NCBI GenBank assembly: GCA_013265495.1
Contig: MU058000.1
Span: 558,001 to 622,000, forward strand
From: Vicugna vicugna
Lineage: Eukaryota
DNA: 64,000 nt
Direction: 5' to 3'
Below the pieces are notes generated by a model. It was not told where the DNA came from. It searched no databases and saw only the letters and a list, made by a program, of their open reading frames with translations. Shown here in pieces: positions 13,522-27,425 of the stretch. The translations under genes were made by a program, and so were the position numbers. The stretch's first letter is position 1; every line of letters starts with the position of its first letter.

Positions 13522-13940
13522 ATGAAGTATTAGCCACAAAAAAAGAATGAATTCTTGTCATTTGGGACAAAATTAATGGATCTAGAGTATTATGCTGAAT
13601 GAAATAAGTCAGACAGAGAAAGACAAATACTGTATGATCTTACTTACATGTGGAATCTAAAACACAAACAAAATGAAAACAGACTCACAGATACAGAGGA
13701 AAAAGAAGGAGAGGGTGGTGGAAGCAGGTGAAGGAAATTAAGTGGCACAACCTTCCAGTTATAAATAAATCACGGATATGTAATATACAGCATAAGGAAT
13801 ATGGACAATTCTCTTTTAATAACTTTCTGTGGAGACAGGTGGTGATCATTTTGTAATGCATTTTAATGTTGAATCTTTGTGCTGTACACCTAAAAATAAC
13901 CTAATATTGTACTTGAACTCTATTTCAATTTAAAAAAAAA
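13270..13940 (+). mobile_element. L1 ORF2 3' end and 3'UTR fragment
   Basis: Translated remnant TAALFTIANVWKQPKCPSTDEWIKKMWYIY; 'gaaataagtcagacagagaaagacaaatactgtatgat'; A-rich tail near 13930. Confidence 0.9.
13413..13520. repeat. Compound (TA)n(CA)n microsatellite within L1
   Basis: Directly visible. Confidence 0.95.
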
Positions 13941-13949
13941 TTGCTGAGA

Positions 13950-15000
13950 AAGAGTTCCATAAATGAAGGAAATGAGTTTTCAGAATAAAAATACCCATAA
14001 AGAACCCATATGAATGAAAAAAGGCTCATGGAGGTATGTCATAAAATATGACAGTGCTATGATAAAAAGAATATACTAGAAGCTTCTAAGAGAAAAATCC
14101 TATTACTTGTGAAGGGTGGAGAAGCAGAATGCCATCCATCAGTCTTAGCAGTAGCAACGAAAGATAGAAGATGATAGAGTACACCCTTCAAAGTTTGAGG
14201 GAAAGTGATTTCCAAACTGTCTATCAAAGGTGAAGGTAAAATAAAGACATTTTCAGACATGAAGGTCTCAAAAATTTGATTTCCCATAGACTAATAGGAA
14301 ATGAGGAATTCAGAAACAGTGATCAACACAGAAAAGTGGGAAATGGATTTCCTAGGATGACCAAAAAGGGAGCAACTGGGAATCTTGAGACCAAGATGTC
14401 TAATCAGGGCTGAAGAAAGTTTCCAAGAAAAGATTCTACAAAGAGGGATTGATAGATTGTCTGACAGAATTGACTGTATGAAAAACTGAGCGCTCAGAGA
14501 TATGTTAAGAACTTCAGAGCATGTGACAAGACTCAGCAAGAGGTTCTTCAAACCAAATTATGTAAATAAAAACAGAGAAACAGACATCTCATACAGAAAC
14601 CAAAAAAAAGTTACAAAAGAAATAAAATGAAATCACACTATGCAGACTTTTAATAACCAGAATACTAGATGTGGGTTTAATCAAATACGTCCTTAAAATT
14701 AGTTCAGGAAAATAGAGGGATCAGGGGGATGTATGTGCGAGGTCATAGAAGAGAGCTAAATTCTCATCTTCCAGAGTAGAGAGCCAGTGGATAAATCAAA
14801 AAACAATAAATAAATCAAGAAATATTTTCAACTATGCAAAGAATACCAGAAGTTGAAAGCAGTTGCTTCTGGAACATCAGAAAGCAGAATGCAGGGAAGG
14901 GCTGCACAGAGGTCTGCTGTGTGTGTTAAGCTTCTAGTATAATTTGCTTTATAAAATAGGTCCACACATTATTTTAATAAAAATTTAAATTAAATTTAAA
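13950..15000 (+). mobile_element. Old HAL1/L1ME-like ORF1 remnant
   Basis: 'cttcaaagtttgagggaaa..gatttcc..ctatcaaaggtgaaggtaaaataaagacattttcagacatgaaggtctcaaaaattt' resembles the L1 ORF1 C-terminal region; purine-rich + strand. Confidence 0.55.
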
Positions 15001-15380
15001 GAGAATGCCACAAAGCATAGGAAGAGAGGACAAATGAGGGGCCAGTAGGAGGAAAGTCAAACAAATCACAGTACAGTTCCAGTCCTCAAATTCCAAGTAT
15101 CTGTCTTAAAATGCATCTGTTAACTAATCATGCATGGCCTTGAGACATCTCTTCAATTCTTGTCTTGAACTTTTCTCAAAATGTTCATCACTTTATTTCC
15201 CCCATATCTTTTCCCCATAACTAGATTTTAAGATCCTGTAGGAAATAGACTGTCTTATATTTTTTGTAATCCACCCCCTACTTCAAAAGAGAAGACAGCA
15301 AGTACTCAATAAATGTTTGATAAATTGCAACTGAATATTATATAGCCATGATTTGGCTGTGATTTGGTGTAAAAGCCAAG

Positions 15381-15540
15381 ATTATACTGTATAGCACAGG
15401 GAAATATATACAAGCTCTTGTGGTAGCTCACAGTGGAAAAAAAATGCTCACGTATAACTGAAAAATTGTACTCTACACTGGAATTTGACACAACATTGTA
15501 AAATGACTATAACTCAATAAAAAAAGTTAAAAAACAAAAA
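15381..15540 (+). mobile_element. L1 3' end (young lineage type)
   Basis: 'tactgtatagcacagggaaatatat...ctctacactggaatttgacacaacattgtaaaatgactataactcaataaaaaa'. Confidence 0.85.
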
Positions 15541-15589
15541 GCCTAACTTGGAAAATCCTAAACTTCATCTAAAGAGAAGAGAACTGAAA

Positions 15590-15694
15590 TATATATATGT
15601 GTGTGTGTGTGTAGATAGATAGATAGATACATACATACATAGATACATAGATACACAGACAGATAGGTAGGTAGATAGATAGATGGATAGATAC
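15590..15694. repeat. Compound (TA)(TG)(TAGA)(TACA) microsatellite
   Basis: Directly visible. Confidence 0.9.
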
Positions 15695-16489
15695 ATTCAT
15701 AAAGATATTTGTGAATGAATACAATTATCTCTAACAGTCAACAAAAACAGTCAAACTTGCCCACTTAGTTTACCACCCTTTTTCAAGGTCATTTCTCAAA
15801 AAAGAATCTAATTTAAAACAAGTGCAACATCTAAAATGAGATCTCGTCTCCAATCTTTACTAATTTTTTAAAAGCCTTTTTAATTTAGCTTCATAACAGC
15901 TTTTACTTACCGATTTTTTAAACAAGGTATGCAATCTTATTTTCTATTTTTATACTTTTCACTTTTTACCATCTTGTTTTCTTTTCATCTTATTTTGAAA
16001 GTGAAGCTCCTGGTGTTTATAATCCCAAAGGAAAGAACACACTGAAATGTAATGCCTTCCATAATAACCAGAGTTCTCTAAGGTCTAAATTATGTAACTC
16101 GCTCTAATAAACATTTAACTTACTGTTGATAATGTCTGTACTATGATAGTCCCACTTACTATTATAAGTAACTCCTAAGAAGAGGAAATCTCTGTGATAA
16201 TACCCTTGAGTTTGCATTAGACATGTATCAACAAAAACAAATTCCAAAAATAAACTATTGTTGCTATTTGCTGATCAGATTAATCGTTTGAAAATCTCAG
16301 AGTCATAGCACTGCCATCTTGGTTTACAGAAAAAAGAAGTCTTTTATGGCTTTCTTTTGACTCTTAATGTTCTTCACTAAGGTCAGACTAATACATGGCT
16401 GGAAACTTGTGGCAGGGTTCTTTCTGGCATGCCAGAAGTCCACATGCGTGTTGAATACATGCGTTTCTACGTTTGCCTCTGGGCAAAAT

Positions 16490-17035
16490 TATTTTTTTTA
16501 TTGAGGTGTAATTTACATACAATAACATGCGCAGTTTTAACGTGTACAGTTTGATAACTTTTGGCAAAACTGTGTTACCCTACCTCAGTCAAGACTTAGA
16601 ACATTTTCATCACCCAGAAAGTCCTCTCATGCCCTACCCACCCATAGACAACCACATATCATTTTTATTTTTCTAGTGTGAAAATCTAGGAGGGAAATTG
16701 TCAGGTCACAGGATGGATGTATATTTAACTTTATAGGAAATACTGTCAAACTAATTTCCAAAATGATTGTTCCATTTTCTATTCCCACCCGTGAAGGAGG
16801 AGAGTTTTATACCGGCCAAGCCACTGTATCATCCATCTTTTTTATTCCAGCCATGCGACTGGGTGTCAAGTGATACCTCAGTGCGGTTTTACTTTGTGCG
16901 TCCCTGATTATTAATGATGTTGAGCTTTTCATGTACTTGTTAGCTATTTTTACATTTTTCCTTTGTCAAGGGTCTGTTCAAATATTTTACCGATTTTTAA
17001 AATTAGAATATTTGCCATTTTATTTTTGAGTTGTG
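16490..17035 (-). mobile_element. Old L1M 3' fragment
   Basis: 'ttttattgaggtgtaatttacatacaataa...agaacattttcatcacccagaaagtcctctcatgccc' and 'ttccaaaatgattgttccattttctattcccacc'. Confidence 0.75.
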
Positions 17036-20000
17036 GTCCTGGGCAAAATTTTTGGCCTGAATAAAGTCAATTTTTTCATCCTAACTACCAGTCCTCTGTT
17101 ACCCCTAGTGTTTCCTTTTTTGCTTTCTAGGGAGAAATAGCTAATCTGAAACACACGCACACAGGGTGTTCATCTACTCCCTTATTCTGCAGACATTTTT
17201 ACTGAGCACCTACTGAACTCCAAGGCCAATTGTAAGAATAAGATCCAGCCTCTACTCTGAAAGAGGTTACAATGAAATTCAGGAGAAATGTGAATAAGTA
17301 ACTCAAAGTTTAACGTAAAAAGAGCCATAAGAAGTATTTAGAGAATCAAGATACCATTGCGGGTTAGGGTGACCAGCAAAGGCCTCACTAAAGGATGTGG
17401 AATTTGGGACGGGCTCCAGATGAGGGCTAGAATGGCAACAGACAAGAGTTACAAGAGAAAGAACAAACGCAAGTCTACAGGAAAATATGGGATATATTCT
17501 AAGAGCAACAACAACAAACCCAAAAAACGTAATTTGGGCCAAAGGATAGTGTCTGAAGTGTGTTGTGTTGGAATCATATTGTGGGGAACAACACCTGACT
17601 TAGCAGGGAAGGGTGACCCACTAAAGTGTTACCATGGAGATGTGAGTAATAGCTGCATAATCCATTACGGTGTGTGGCCCTCTTCCACTCACCTCCACAC
17701 CTTCTCTCCTTGGCCTCTGCCCATTCTGGGCCCCGACTATATCAGCCCTGGGTAGCTCTGTCCCAGCCACTGCACCCGGACCACTCATCTCTACCTGGCT
17801 GTTCGGCAGGCACTGGACCTCCCTCAGAGGGAGGGACACTGAGCCTAGCGTTCCTCGTCCTCCTTTCCGTGCCTGCCAGCAGAGCCTTTGGAGCAGCTCT
17901 CTTGGAGAGGAAGGGAACCTCCTAGGGGTGGAAAACTGGAGGAGTTTCGTCTGTTAGGCTGCTCACTCTCAGGCTGTGAAATGAGCTGCAAAGACAAACA
18001 GACTTCTCGCCGTGCCTGGCTGGGGCATGGACAGACGCATGCCCACGGAGCCGGGTAGATCATCCGGTCACACACCCTTGTCTCCAGAGGCACAGCAAAG
18101 GACAGGGTCTGTGACCGTTTTGTGGAGTCACTGAGAGCTGCAAGGAAGGTCAGAGAAGAATTTAAAGAGAAAGAGCTGACGATTACCTTTCCAGAGATGT
18201 GTGCGTGCTGGCTTCTTGCTAAAAACAAAAGGATAGTCTACTTCAGCCCCAGGAATCTTCAGACCTGAGGAGTTAGGTCAACAACTCAGGATACTTGGTT
18301 CCCCTCAAATCCAGATTTATTGACCAGTAGCATCTCTTACTACCTAGCCATTGAGATGAGAGAAAAAGGTTGATATTTCAAGTCACAACAATCTCCAATG
18401 ATAAGGTTACTTTTGACAGCTATTGAGAATTTTCAGAACATTTCCCAAGTAGCGGGATGGCTCTGGTAGGAGAGGGGTGATGGAGTTAATGCAAAGATCC
18501 TTAAAGTCGTGCAAACCTTTGGGTTTCTTCAATTGGCTGAAAGCTCAGCAGCTATCATCCTCAAGACATTTTTACTTTAAATGAAGAAGTTCTCCAAAGC
18601 CCAAAGCCACCACTGCCCTAGAGCATTGGCCTCAAACAATCACGCATTTCACATCAGGGGACTCAGTCTGAATACTGGTTTTTTTCAATCCATGCCAAGC
18701 CAAAATGTAAACTAGGATGATTGCAACTCTAAGACAGAATAATTCACAATTCCATTAACTTTTTTTTTGTAACTCGATTTTGCCAAAGTTAATTGGTTAA
18801 GGGCTTTTTGCTTTGACCAAAACTGATAGAACGTAAGAGAGTTTTTGCTGAGTCTGAATTCCAAGAAAACAACACTAGAAATTTTAGAAAAAAATTAGAA
18901 AAAAAAATCTAAACCAAGTAAGTTCTGAACTGTTTTATCAACAAATCATTGCTCCTCAGCCAAGAGCCCTCAACAGTAATGGATCTTCAGAATAAAAAGC
19001 AAGTTGGAGCACATTTTTTTCTTTGCAACTTGAAGTGTAAATAAATCTACCTTTTAGTGAGTGCCTACTGGTCTCAGTGCTAAACATTTTTACATCAATT
19101 ATTTTATTGTATACTATCAACCCCAAAGGAATCTAATCTCTCCACACCACTCCTCTTATAATTTCTGGTGATTTGACCCACATTAAGTTTCAATTATTTG
19201 TGTGATAAAAGAAGAGAAATGAGATTGCTTAGGCCCAGAGAGATGAGGCAAAAATCACGTGTACTCTGTTGTGTAGCGCGTTTTACTCAACGATTTTATA
19301 ATTAGCTAAAAAGATGCTGGCGACAGGCTGATAGAAGGGGTGAATCAACCTGGGATTGATTTTTTTCAATAAATAACTCACAAATGTAAATCAAGAAGCA
19401 GTTTACAGTGTACAGTTAGGCACTCAATTCTTCCCAAGTAAATACGGCTGAGTCTTCTGGGATTTTTACTCTTGGAGCAGGTGGAAGGAAATAAGGCAGT
19501 TAAGGGTTTTCCTGCTGACACACTATCTCTGCCAAGTTTCTGAAATCCACTTTGTTAATTATGTTCTGCTTCTGAGTCTAAAGGAAGCAAAAACTCTAAA
19601 AGAAAGTGGACTTCTCATTTCTCACAGGTGGCACTGAGGCTGATCCTATGCCACTATGGTGATGGTCATTTTGTATGTGTGCTGGGGGTAGGGGGAGAGG
19701 ACTCAACACGAAGGAGAAGGATAAATTTGTGTTTCACCATCTGCCTATTGGCACTAAAGTTCCTCTCGTTATTGTGAGGAAGAGCTCTGACTTTACTGAA
19801 TTACAGTATACAGGTAGCTTATCATTTACAATCCATTTTGCTGAGACAGCAAACTCCAGGAGATTTCATAGGTCATGGAAGCTATAGGCTGAAATGAATA
19901 TAATTATGCTACCTCAAGAGGGAGAAAAAGAGGATAACAGTGATGTCTGAGTTACAAGGCAATTTTGTTTGTACACAGAGACTTCAAGAAAAGATTGGTA

Positions 20001-20049
20001 ATTTATGATCATCTGAATCTTTAGACAGGCATTTTCTTATTAATAGTAG

Positions 20050-20270
20050 GAGCCATTTTTGAGGCTCAGCGATGTGCTAGGTTCTTTACAGAGAGTTTAT
20101 CACCTTGAGTCTTTCGAACTATTCAATAGTATGTGTCATTATCCCTACTTAATAAATGAGAAAACTGAGGTGCAGAGCTGTCAGGTAAGTCCCCAAGGTC
20201 AAGTCCCCGTAAGTGGTGACGTTACGATGCAAACCCAAAACCAACTCAGAAACACTGCCTCTTCCTAGCA
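20050..20270 (-). mobile_element. MIR SINE
   Basis: MIR core in reverse: 'atgagaaaactgaggtgcagag...ccccaaggtca'. Confidence 0.7.
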
Positions 20271-20379
20271 CATCAGGTCAACCCCTTTCACATAAGATTA
20301 TTCTCGCCCCGGTTGTAATTCTCCAACATTGCTTGATCATTTTCTTAAATTTCTCCTTAAACCCCTCCAGTTCTTGATC

Positions 20380-20918
20380 ATCTTAGTCTGAAAAAAGCCG
20401 AAGTCCTCACAAAGGCCTTCAAAGACCTATGCTGTTTGTCCGCCAGCCTTGACTCATTATCTCTGGCCCACCTCCTACATCCTTCCGCCTCCCTCACTCC
20501 AGCCACACTGAACAGGTCCCCCAGGCATGCTGTCGCCTCACGGGTCATGCGCTAGCTGTTTCCTCTGCCTAGGGTGCTCCTTCCCCAGGTATCTATGGGG
20601 CTTGCCCCTTCACCTCCAAGTTTTTGCTTAATTGTAGGCTTCTCACTTAAATCTTCCCTGAATTCCCTATTTAAATCGGAAGCTGCCCATACTCTTCATC
20701 CCACTTCCTGCTTTATTTTCCTCTGCAATGCTTATTACCCTCTGAAATTCTAGACATCTTAGACATTTACTGACTCGTAAATGTCTTTCTCCCGCCATTA
20801 GTATACAAATTCAGTACAAGGGATTTTTGTCTATCTTTCCCCACAGTTGTAACCCCAGTGCCTGATACCATGCCTCGCACATAGCAGTGGCTCATCGAAT
20901 ATTTGATGAATGATGAGT
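20380..20918 (+). mobile_element. L2 3' fragment
   Basis: 'ccctcactccagccacactg...tgtttcctctgcctagg..ctccttcccca...gcacatagcagtggctc..gaatatttgatgaatga'. Confidence 0.75.
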
Positions 20919-21199
20919 AATTTCAAGCCAAAGCAATAGATGGGGCAAGAATCATTTTACATTTCTGTTCCTCAGTTGTTTGTCTTAGCATTAAAGTTAC
21001 AGTAAAAACATCTCTTTTTTTATGGGTTCTCTGGAAATCAGCAAGCATAGTAACTAAGTACTATGTGTGAACAACCTACAAGTTTATGTTGCAAGTCAAT
21101 CCTCATTTGAAAAAATGAAAGACAGTTATTTGTGGGCACTGACAGCTTTAAGGGATTTTAAAGTAGCATAATTAATCTTAAAACATGCTAACAACTTAA

Positions 21200-24100
21200 A
21201 TAAAATTAAATTGAGGCAGATGTCTTCCTGCCTCTTCATCGTTGCTTTTGGACCATCATCCCTCATCCTCTGTAAAGCCTTTCCCCAACTTTGACTCTCA
21301 TGCCCTCAGATATTAATGCCCAAACATCTTTCTTGTTGTTATCTATGAACTCCAAAGTCATTGTCTCATTTCTTGAAGATTTCAGCTCCTGACTCACTGT
21401 TACTTCTCTAACACTGCTGCTCTGTAATTTCTGGTGATTTCAATGTCCATGTGGATCTTCTTTCCTATACCTTGGCCTCTGACTTCCACTCTTCCAATAA
21501 ATGTGCCCTCTGCTTGACCTCTAGACTTCACTTCCATGTCTTACCAATGTCATTACTAATGACTACAAACCTTTCATAATCTCATTCTCAAACATCCTGC
21601 TGTCTTTCCATCTGTTTTCTTCTAATACATTCATTCCTTTAATTCTTTGGTCCGTTTAGGAGCTACAATCCCTTGATAATATTTCACTGGCTTTCACCTC
21701 TCCTGTATCTTCATTTCTTCCTTGTGAAGCTTAAATTCCATGATCCATCATTATAAGCACTGACTTGTATACACAGTCAACTAACTACCTTGCCCCACTC
21801 TCTTATCATCCTTGCCTGGGAAAACCCTACCTTGGTGAAATCTAATTACCCATCGATGTGGGCCCGGACTTTCAACAGGTGGGCATGACATTGTTTCACT
21901 TTAAGTCATTCACTCCAAGTGGGTCCTAGGTGCTGTAGCAAAAGCACCCCATTTACCTAGCCACTCTCCCACTCCCCTGAATGAACATGTCACGCCTCCT
22001 CCCCTCTTCTCAGTTCTCTAGTCCTTCTCTCTCATTTTCACGCCCAGTTGATCATCTTGACTTCCATTTCATTTAGAATAAAATCAATCAGAAGAGAATT
22101 CCTCATGCTCCCATCACCACATCTACTCATCCTCCTGTATCTATGTCCACATTCTCTGTCATCTCTCCTGCATTTTAAGTCACTTTTTAAGGCATTAGCA
22201 GCCCTCTTCCTTCTGTCCCATAGCATCTATATTTTCCTCTTTACTGGATTATCCTCCATCAACATTCAAACATGTTATAGTTTCCCCCAACTGTAAACAA
22301 TACTGCTTTAGCCTATAGGTTAAAAGATACCTAAGAGACATAGCAATCAGCTGCAATACTCAGTTCTGTTTGGATCCAGCCTCTCTTGGAACACTGATTG
22401 AATATTTGTTGACTTTAAAGACTTATCATTATTTTTAGGTGTTCTTTTATCTTAAAAAGATTCTTTATCTTTTAGGGCTATGTATCTGTTTTTAATTTAA
22501 TAATATATATTATCTGACCCAATATCATTTGGACATGTCATCAACATTATTCATGAGATATAAAAAATGTAATGAAGAATGTGATGTATGTAATATAAAA
22601 CAGTTTACATTTAAACATGCATTTTTTATTGAGTTATAGTCAGTTTACAATGTTGTGTCAATTTCTGGTGTACAGCACAATTCTCAGTCATACATGAATA
22701 TACATATATTCATTTTCATATTCTTTTTCAGCATGAGCTACTACAAGATGTTGAATATATTTCCCTGTTCTATACAGTATAAACTTGTTTATCTATTTTA
22801 TATATACCAGTCAGTATCTGCAAATCTCAAACTCCCAGTTTATCCTTTCCCACCATCCCCCTCCCCGGCAGCCACAAGTCTGTATTCTATGTCTGTGAGT
22901 CTGTTTCTGTTTTATATATAAATTCACTTGTCTCTCTGTTTTTTTTTTAAATTTTTTTAGATTCCATATATGAGTGATATCATATGGTATTTTTCTTTCT
23001 CTTTTTCGCTTACTTCACTTAGAGTGACATTCTCCAGGGCTATATATTGAAATGCTTATAATTTAAAAATATCCCTTCAACTCCCTATCTACTTCTGTGT
23101 CCTTTTGCAGGAAGACATCAGAAAAGAGTTGGCTAGAATTCTAATTTTGCTCCCCTAATCTCTGTTAAATTCTTGCCACCAAAACTGCTCTTTTCAAGGT
23201 CATCAGTGACTTCCACAGTTGCTAAATCAAGCGGCCAATTCTTAGTTCGTGTCTCAGAAGCATTTGACTCTGTTGATGACTTTATCCTCCTTGCAACACC
23301 TTCTTCTTTTGGCTTCCAAGACAGGACTCTCTTGGTTTTTCTCTGCACATCTGATTGCCCTTCCCAGTCTCCTTTTCTGGTTCTTCCTCTTCTTTCCTAA
23401 TCTCTTGTTGTTGGAGTGCCCTGGGGCTCCACCTTCAATCTTCTTTCTATCTCTATCTTCCTCCATGTCCTTGGTGATCTCATCTACTCATACGGCTTTG
23501 CCTAATGCCTGTGATATACCTAAATAGAAATCTCCAAACCAGACATCTCTCTCAAATTCCAGACTTGTAACACACTGTCTACTTGACACAGCCACCTGGA
23601 TGTCTAATTGACATCTCAAACTTGACCTGTCCAAAACTGGACTCCTGATCATTCCCTCCAAACCTGCTTCACCTGCAGCCTTCCCCATCTCAAGAAATGC
23701 AACTCCATTCTTCTAGCTGCAGGCCATAAGTCACGGAGTCATTCTTGACCCCCCCTTTCTCTCATACCCTGTATCCTATCCATCAGAAAATACCATTGGT
23801 TCTACCTTTTAAATCTATACAAACTCCCACCATTCTCAGCACCTCCACTGCTACCACTCTGGTCCAAGGCACCGTCCTCTCTCTTGTTGGTCTCCATGTT
23901 AGCACACCTTGCTCCCTTTGGTTTACTTCCAAAGCAGTAGTCAGATTGATCCTTTTAAAATAACTCAGTTTATACCATTCTTCTGAAGGCTTCTGATCTC
24001 ATTCTGATGAAAAGACAAAGAACTCCAGCCACATGTGATCTGTCTCCCCAGGACCTCTCTGAGTTCTTCTCCCACATTTCCTACCCACTCCCTATTGTCT

Positions 24101-24540
24101 CAACTCCAGCCACACTGGCCTCCTTGCTTGTTTAAACATACCAGGTACACCCTCACCTCAGGGCCTTTGCAATGACTGGTTTCTCTGCCTGGAATGCTCT
24201 TCCCCAGATATAAACGGGGCTCTCTCACCTCCTGCAGACCTTCGCTCAATTGTCTCCTCAATGAGGCCTTCCCTGACACCTTCCCCTGTCTCTAATTGTG
24301 GCCCTGCCTCTGGGCTCTTCTTCTCCCCCATTCTGTGTTACTCTTCCCCATGGTACTTGTCAGCATCATCTAATATACTATGTGTTTTGCTTTTTCATTG
24401 TAATTGTCCCTCTCTCCCCACTAGAATGTAAGCATGAGAAGAGCAGGAATTTCTGCACGTGTCGTCTACTGCTATAGCCCCAGCAGTAACTGTACCTGAG
24501 ACACAGGAAACAATCAGTCAGTACTCATCAAATAAATGTA
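21200..24540 (+). mobile_element. Long L2 LINE remnant interrupted by younger insertions (about 22300-23045)
   Basis: RT-like remnant VAKSSGQFLV..SEAFDSVDDFILLATPSSFGFQD at 23173-23400; 'cacctggatgtctaattgacatctcaaacttgac'; L2 3' end 'ctagaatgtaagcatgag..gcagg' near 24420. Confidence 0.85.
22621..23042 (-). mobile_element. L1 3' end (young lineage type)
   Basis: 'ttttttattgagttatagtcagtttacaatgttgtgtcaatttctggtgtacagc...ttagattccatatatgagtgatatcatatggtatttttctttctct..ttacttcacttag'. Confidence 0.9.
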
Positions 24541-25429
24541 TATCCTGGTTTTAAATTGTTTTAAACAAACAGTTAGACAAACTCAATGTCTTGAACTTAT
24601 AACCTTTAGGCCTTTGTTATTTTCAATTCAGTATTAATAAATTAATTAAACTGCCTTTTAAGCAGTAGATTAATCTTTCTGCTCTTAGATGTATTCCATC
24701 TACCTATTTACAGATGTGACTATACATTTATAATGGATCAGCTTCTACATATTGACCTTTGGAAAAGCCCACATTCGTTACAAGCAAACAGAGAAGAGAC
24801 ATGCAATTGCTGCTGAAACATTGGCAAGCTGATTAGTATTTATTTAATTTGCAACTTAATTCATCAAATGTTAGTTGTAAATAATAATAACAAAATATCT
24901 CACAAAAAAAGGAAATTTCAGTGTTTGATGTTCAAGTATTTGGTGATTCTAGAGCACATAATTGCTTCTGAAGAGCAATTTGTTCTTCCTGTGACATCAA
25001 ATATCAGCTGGCTATCTTTTTTTCCTGGCATCATTAAAGTTTGGTGATATTCTTGCCCGGTACATAACCCTGCAGGACGTACCCTCTCCAATTCAGGTCC
25101 TGTTACTTTCATTAGACACTTAACTGGAGATGGTTCCCATGACCTAGACGATTAGACTCCAAACTACCTGCCAAGCACAGCTCAGCTGCGGTCTGCTTTG
25201 TGAGTAAATACTTGCTAGAGACAAATTCTCATGAAGCCCAGTGCCCAGTGCTTGATGAACTCTTTGTGGAACGTGCCAGAGTCAATAAGAACGACGGAGG
25301 CCTCCAGCTTGAGGGCTTCCATCCATATGGCTGTATTCATGAATGAATTCAGGTCCCTTAACCGCTGATGGCTACTCTCCATAGTCTTCTCACTCTAAAA
25401 ACAAAATTGAAAAATTTAACTATATTTTA

Positions 25430-25585
25430 ACTATAAGGGAACTATATTTAATACCTTGTAATGACCTTTAATAGAAAAGAATATGAAAAGGAATATATAT
25501 ATATGTATATGTATTAAAGTCACTATGCTGTACACCAGATATTAACACAACATTGTAAATCAACTATACTTTAATTTAAAAAAAT
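25430..25585 (+). mobile_element. L1 3' end
   Basis: 'agggaactatatttaataccttgtaat...cactatgctgtacaccagatattaacacaacattgtaaatcaactatactttaatttaaaaaaa'. Confidence 0.85.
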
Positions 25586-26596
25586 ACTCAAGCTTCATGT
25601 TTATAAAAATCAAGTAGCAACTTCTTGCAGCCTTGAACCCTGAGAATATAAATCTCAGCTAAGTGTAATTACAATGATATGGAGGAGAAGTTTAAATATT
25701 GGAATTCATTTGCTAATCAGTCACTACCAATTACATGAAATATTAAAAATATGGTTATAAAAATAAGGAATATGTAATTAAATATTTAATATTTTAATTG
25801 ATAAAATATAAAATAAGAGATTTTAGGTTAAATATCTGTAGTCCTATTCAAACTATTATTCAATGCAAATAAAAATGGTGAGCAAGATACGTAACCTGGA
25901 CTCTGTGGGACTGAAAAAAGAACACAGAATGTCACATTAAAAGCCATGAGTTAATTCTGCTTTAGTAACTAACGCTAATATCTACACTGTCCCCAGCCTC
26001 ACCCCAACACACATTGTTTTCAGAAGTGACTTGAATCTCATTTCAGATTGTTAGTGTAGATATGGGAGTTTTCTTTCCAGGAATACACTTACAGCCTTCT
26101 AAAGAATTTGTGGCAAGACTGTTCTGAGTCATGAATCCACCGTGTAACTGGTTATGACTCCCAAGTTTGGCATCCTTAGGAGAAGATTTTCACATTACTG
26201 GTATTGATCCATATCAATGAGCAGTTCATCAATCCTAAAACCCCAGTCCCGAGAGACTGAGAGAAATTTATGTCACTTTGAGCCTATTCAAATTTATTTC
26301 TCTTACCTCTTGAGACCCTTCAATAATTGTATGGTGTAGTTTTCCAGAGTAAAATTGACATCCGTCTCTGATTCCAGGAGTTTGCATGTATTGCAATGGG
26401 TTATACTGAACTATTACTTGTATTGATAGATACTGGCATTCCAAGCAATAAAAATGGGAGCCCCTTGCAGCGTATCAAGTTAGAAGCAAAATCTCCCTCC
26501 TTAGACCAGTGGCTGTACGTAAAAAACTCAAGAGCACATATTTACTCTGAGCAGAAGGAATCGTGCTGTCTCCCCATGAATCTCAGCCCTGTTTGA

Positions 26597-26857
<261 letters not shown>

Positions 26858-27221
26858 TAAGTGACAGTATCTGGAGTAAGTGACAAAAGGCCTTGGTGGA
26901 AATTGAATTAATTTCTAGGTTTGGGGAAGAAGCTTTATGGTTTGAAAACCACGTGGAGAAGAATTTGGAAGCATCTGACAGAAACATGAAATCCATGGGA
27001 CACAATGACTCTATAGGCCAGGAGGCTGCAGAGAAGAATAAGGCCAGAGTCACTGAATCGCAGCAGAGGAGGGGAGGAGATTGGGTGATGATGTAGGAGA
27101 CACAGGAATGACCAGGTCATGCAGAACCTTCTAGAGATTACACAGATGTGATTTCTGGCCTCCAGACACAACACGTATTTGGTGCCACAACTATGAGGAC
27201 CAATTCAGGAACAAGGCACGC

Positions 27222-27425
27222 ACTGGGGTTTGTGCCCCAGCTCTGCCACTTCCCAGCTGTGTCATTCCAGCTTAACCTCTCACTTAACCTCCCTGAGCCT
27301 TCGTCCATGGAGATCATAAATGCTGCCACCTATAGAGGTTTTGAGAAGAGTAAATGAGGAACTGGGTTAAAAACACCTATCACAATGACCTGGAATTTAA
27401 GCTCTCAATAAATACTAGCTATAAT
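27222..27425 (+). mobile_element. MIR SINE
   Basis: 'ccccagctctgccacttcccagctgtgt...cacttaacctccctgagcct...aaatgag...ctctcaataaatactagcta'. Confidence 0.75.

Noticed and set aside
13327..13570. ORFs with HT/CV dipeptide repeats
   Set aside because: Translation of a (CA)n microsatellite inside L1.
17303..18228. GC-richer stretch with several overlapping ORFs in intron 8
   Set aside because: No protein similarity or convincing splice signals; partly L2-derived.
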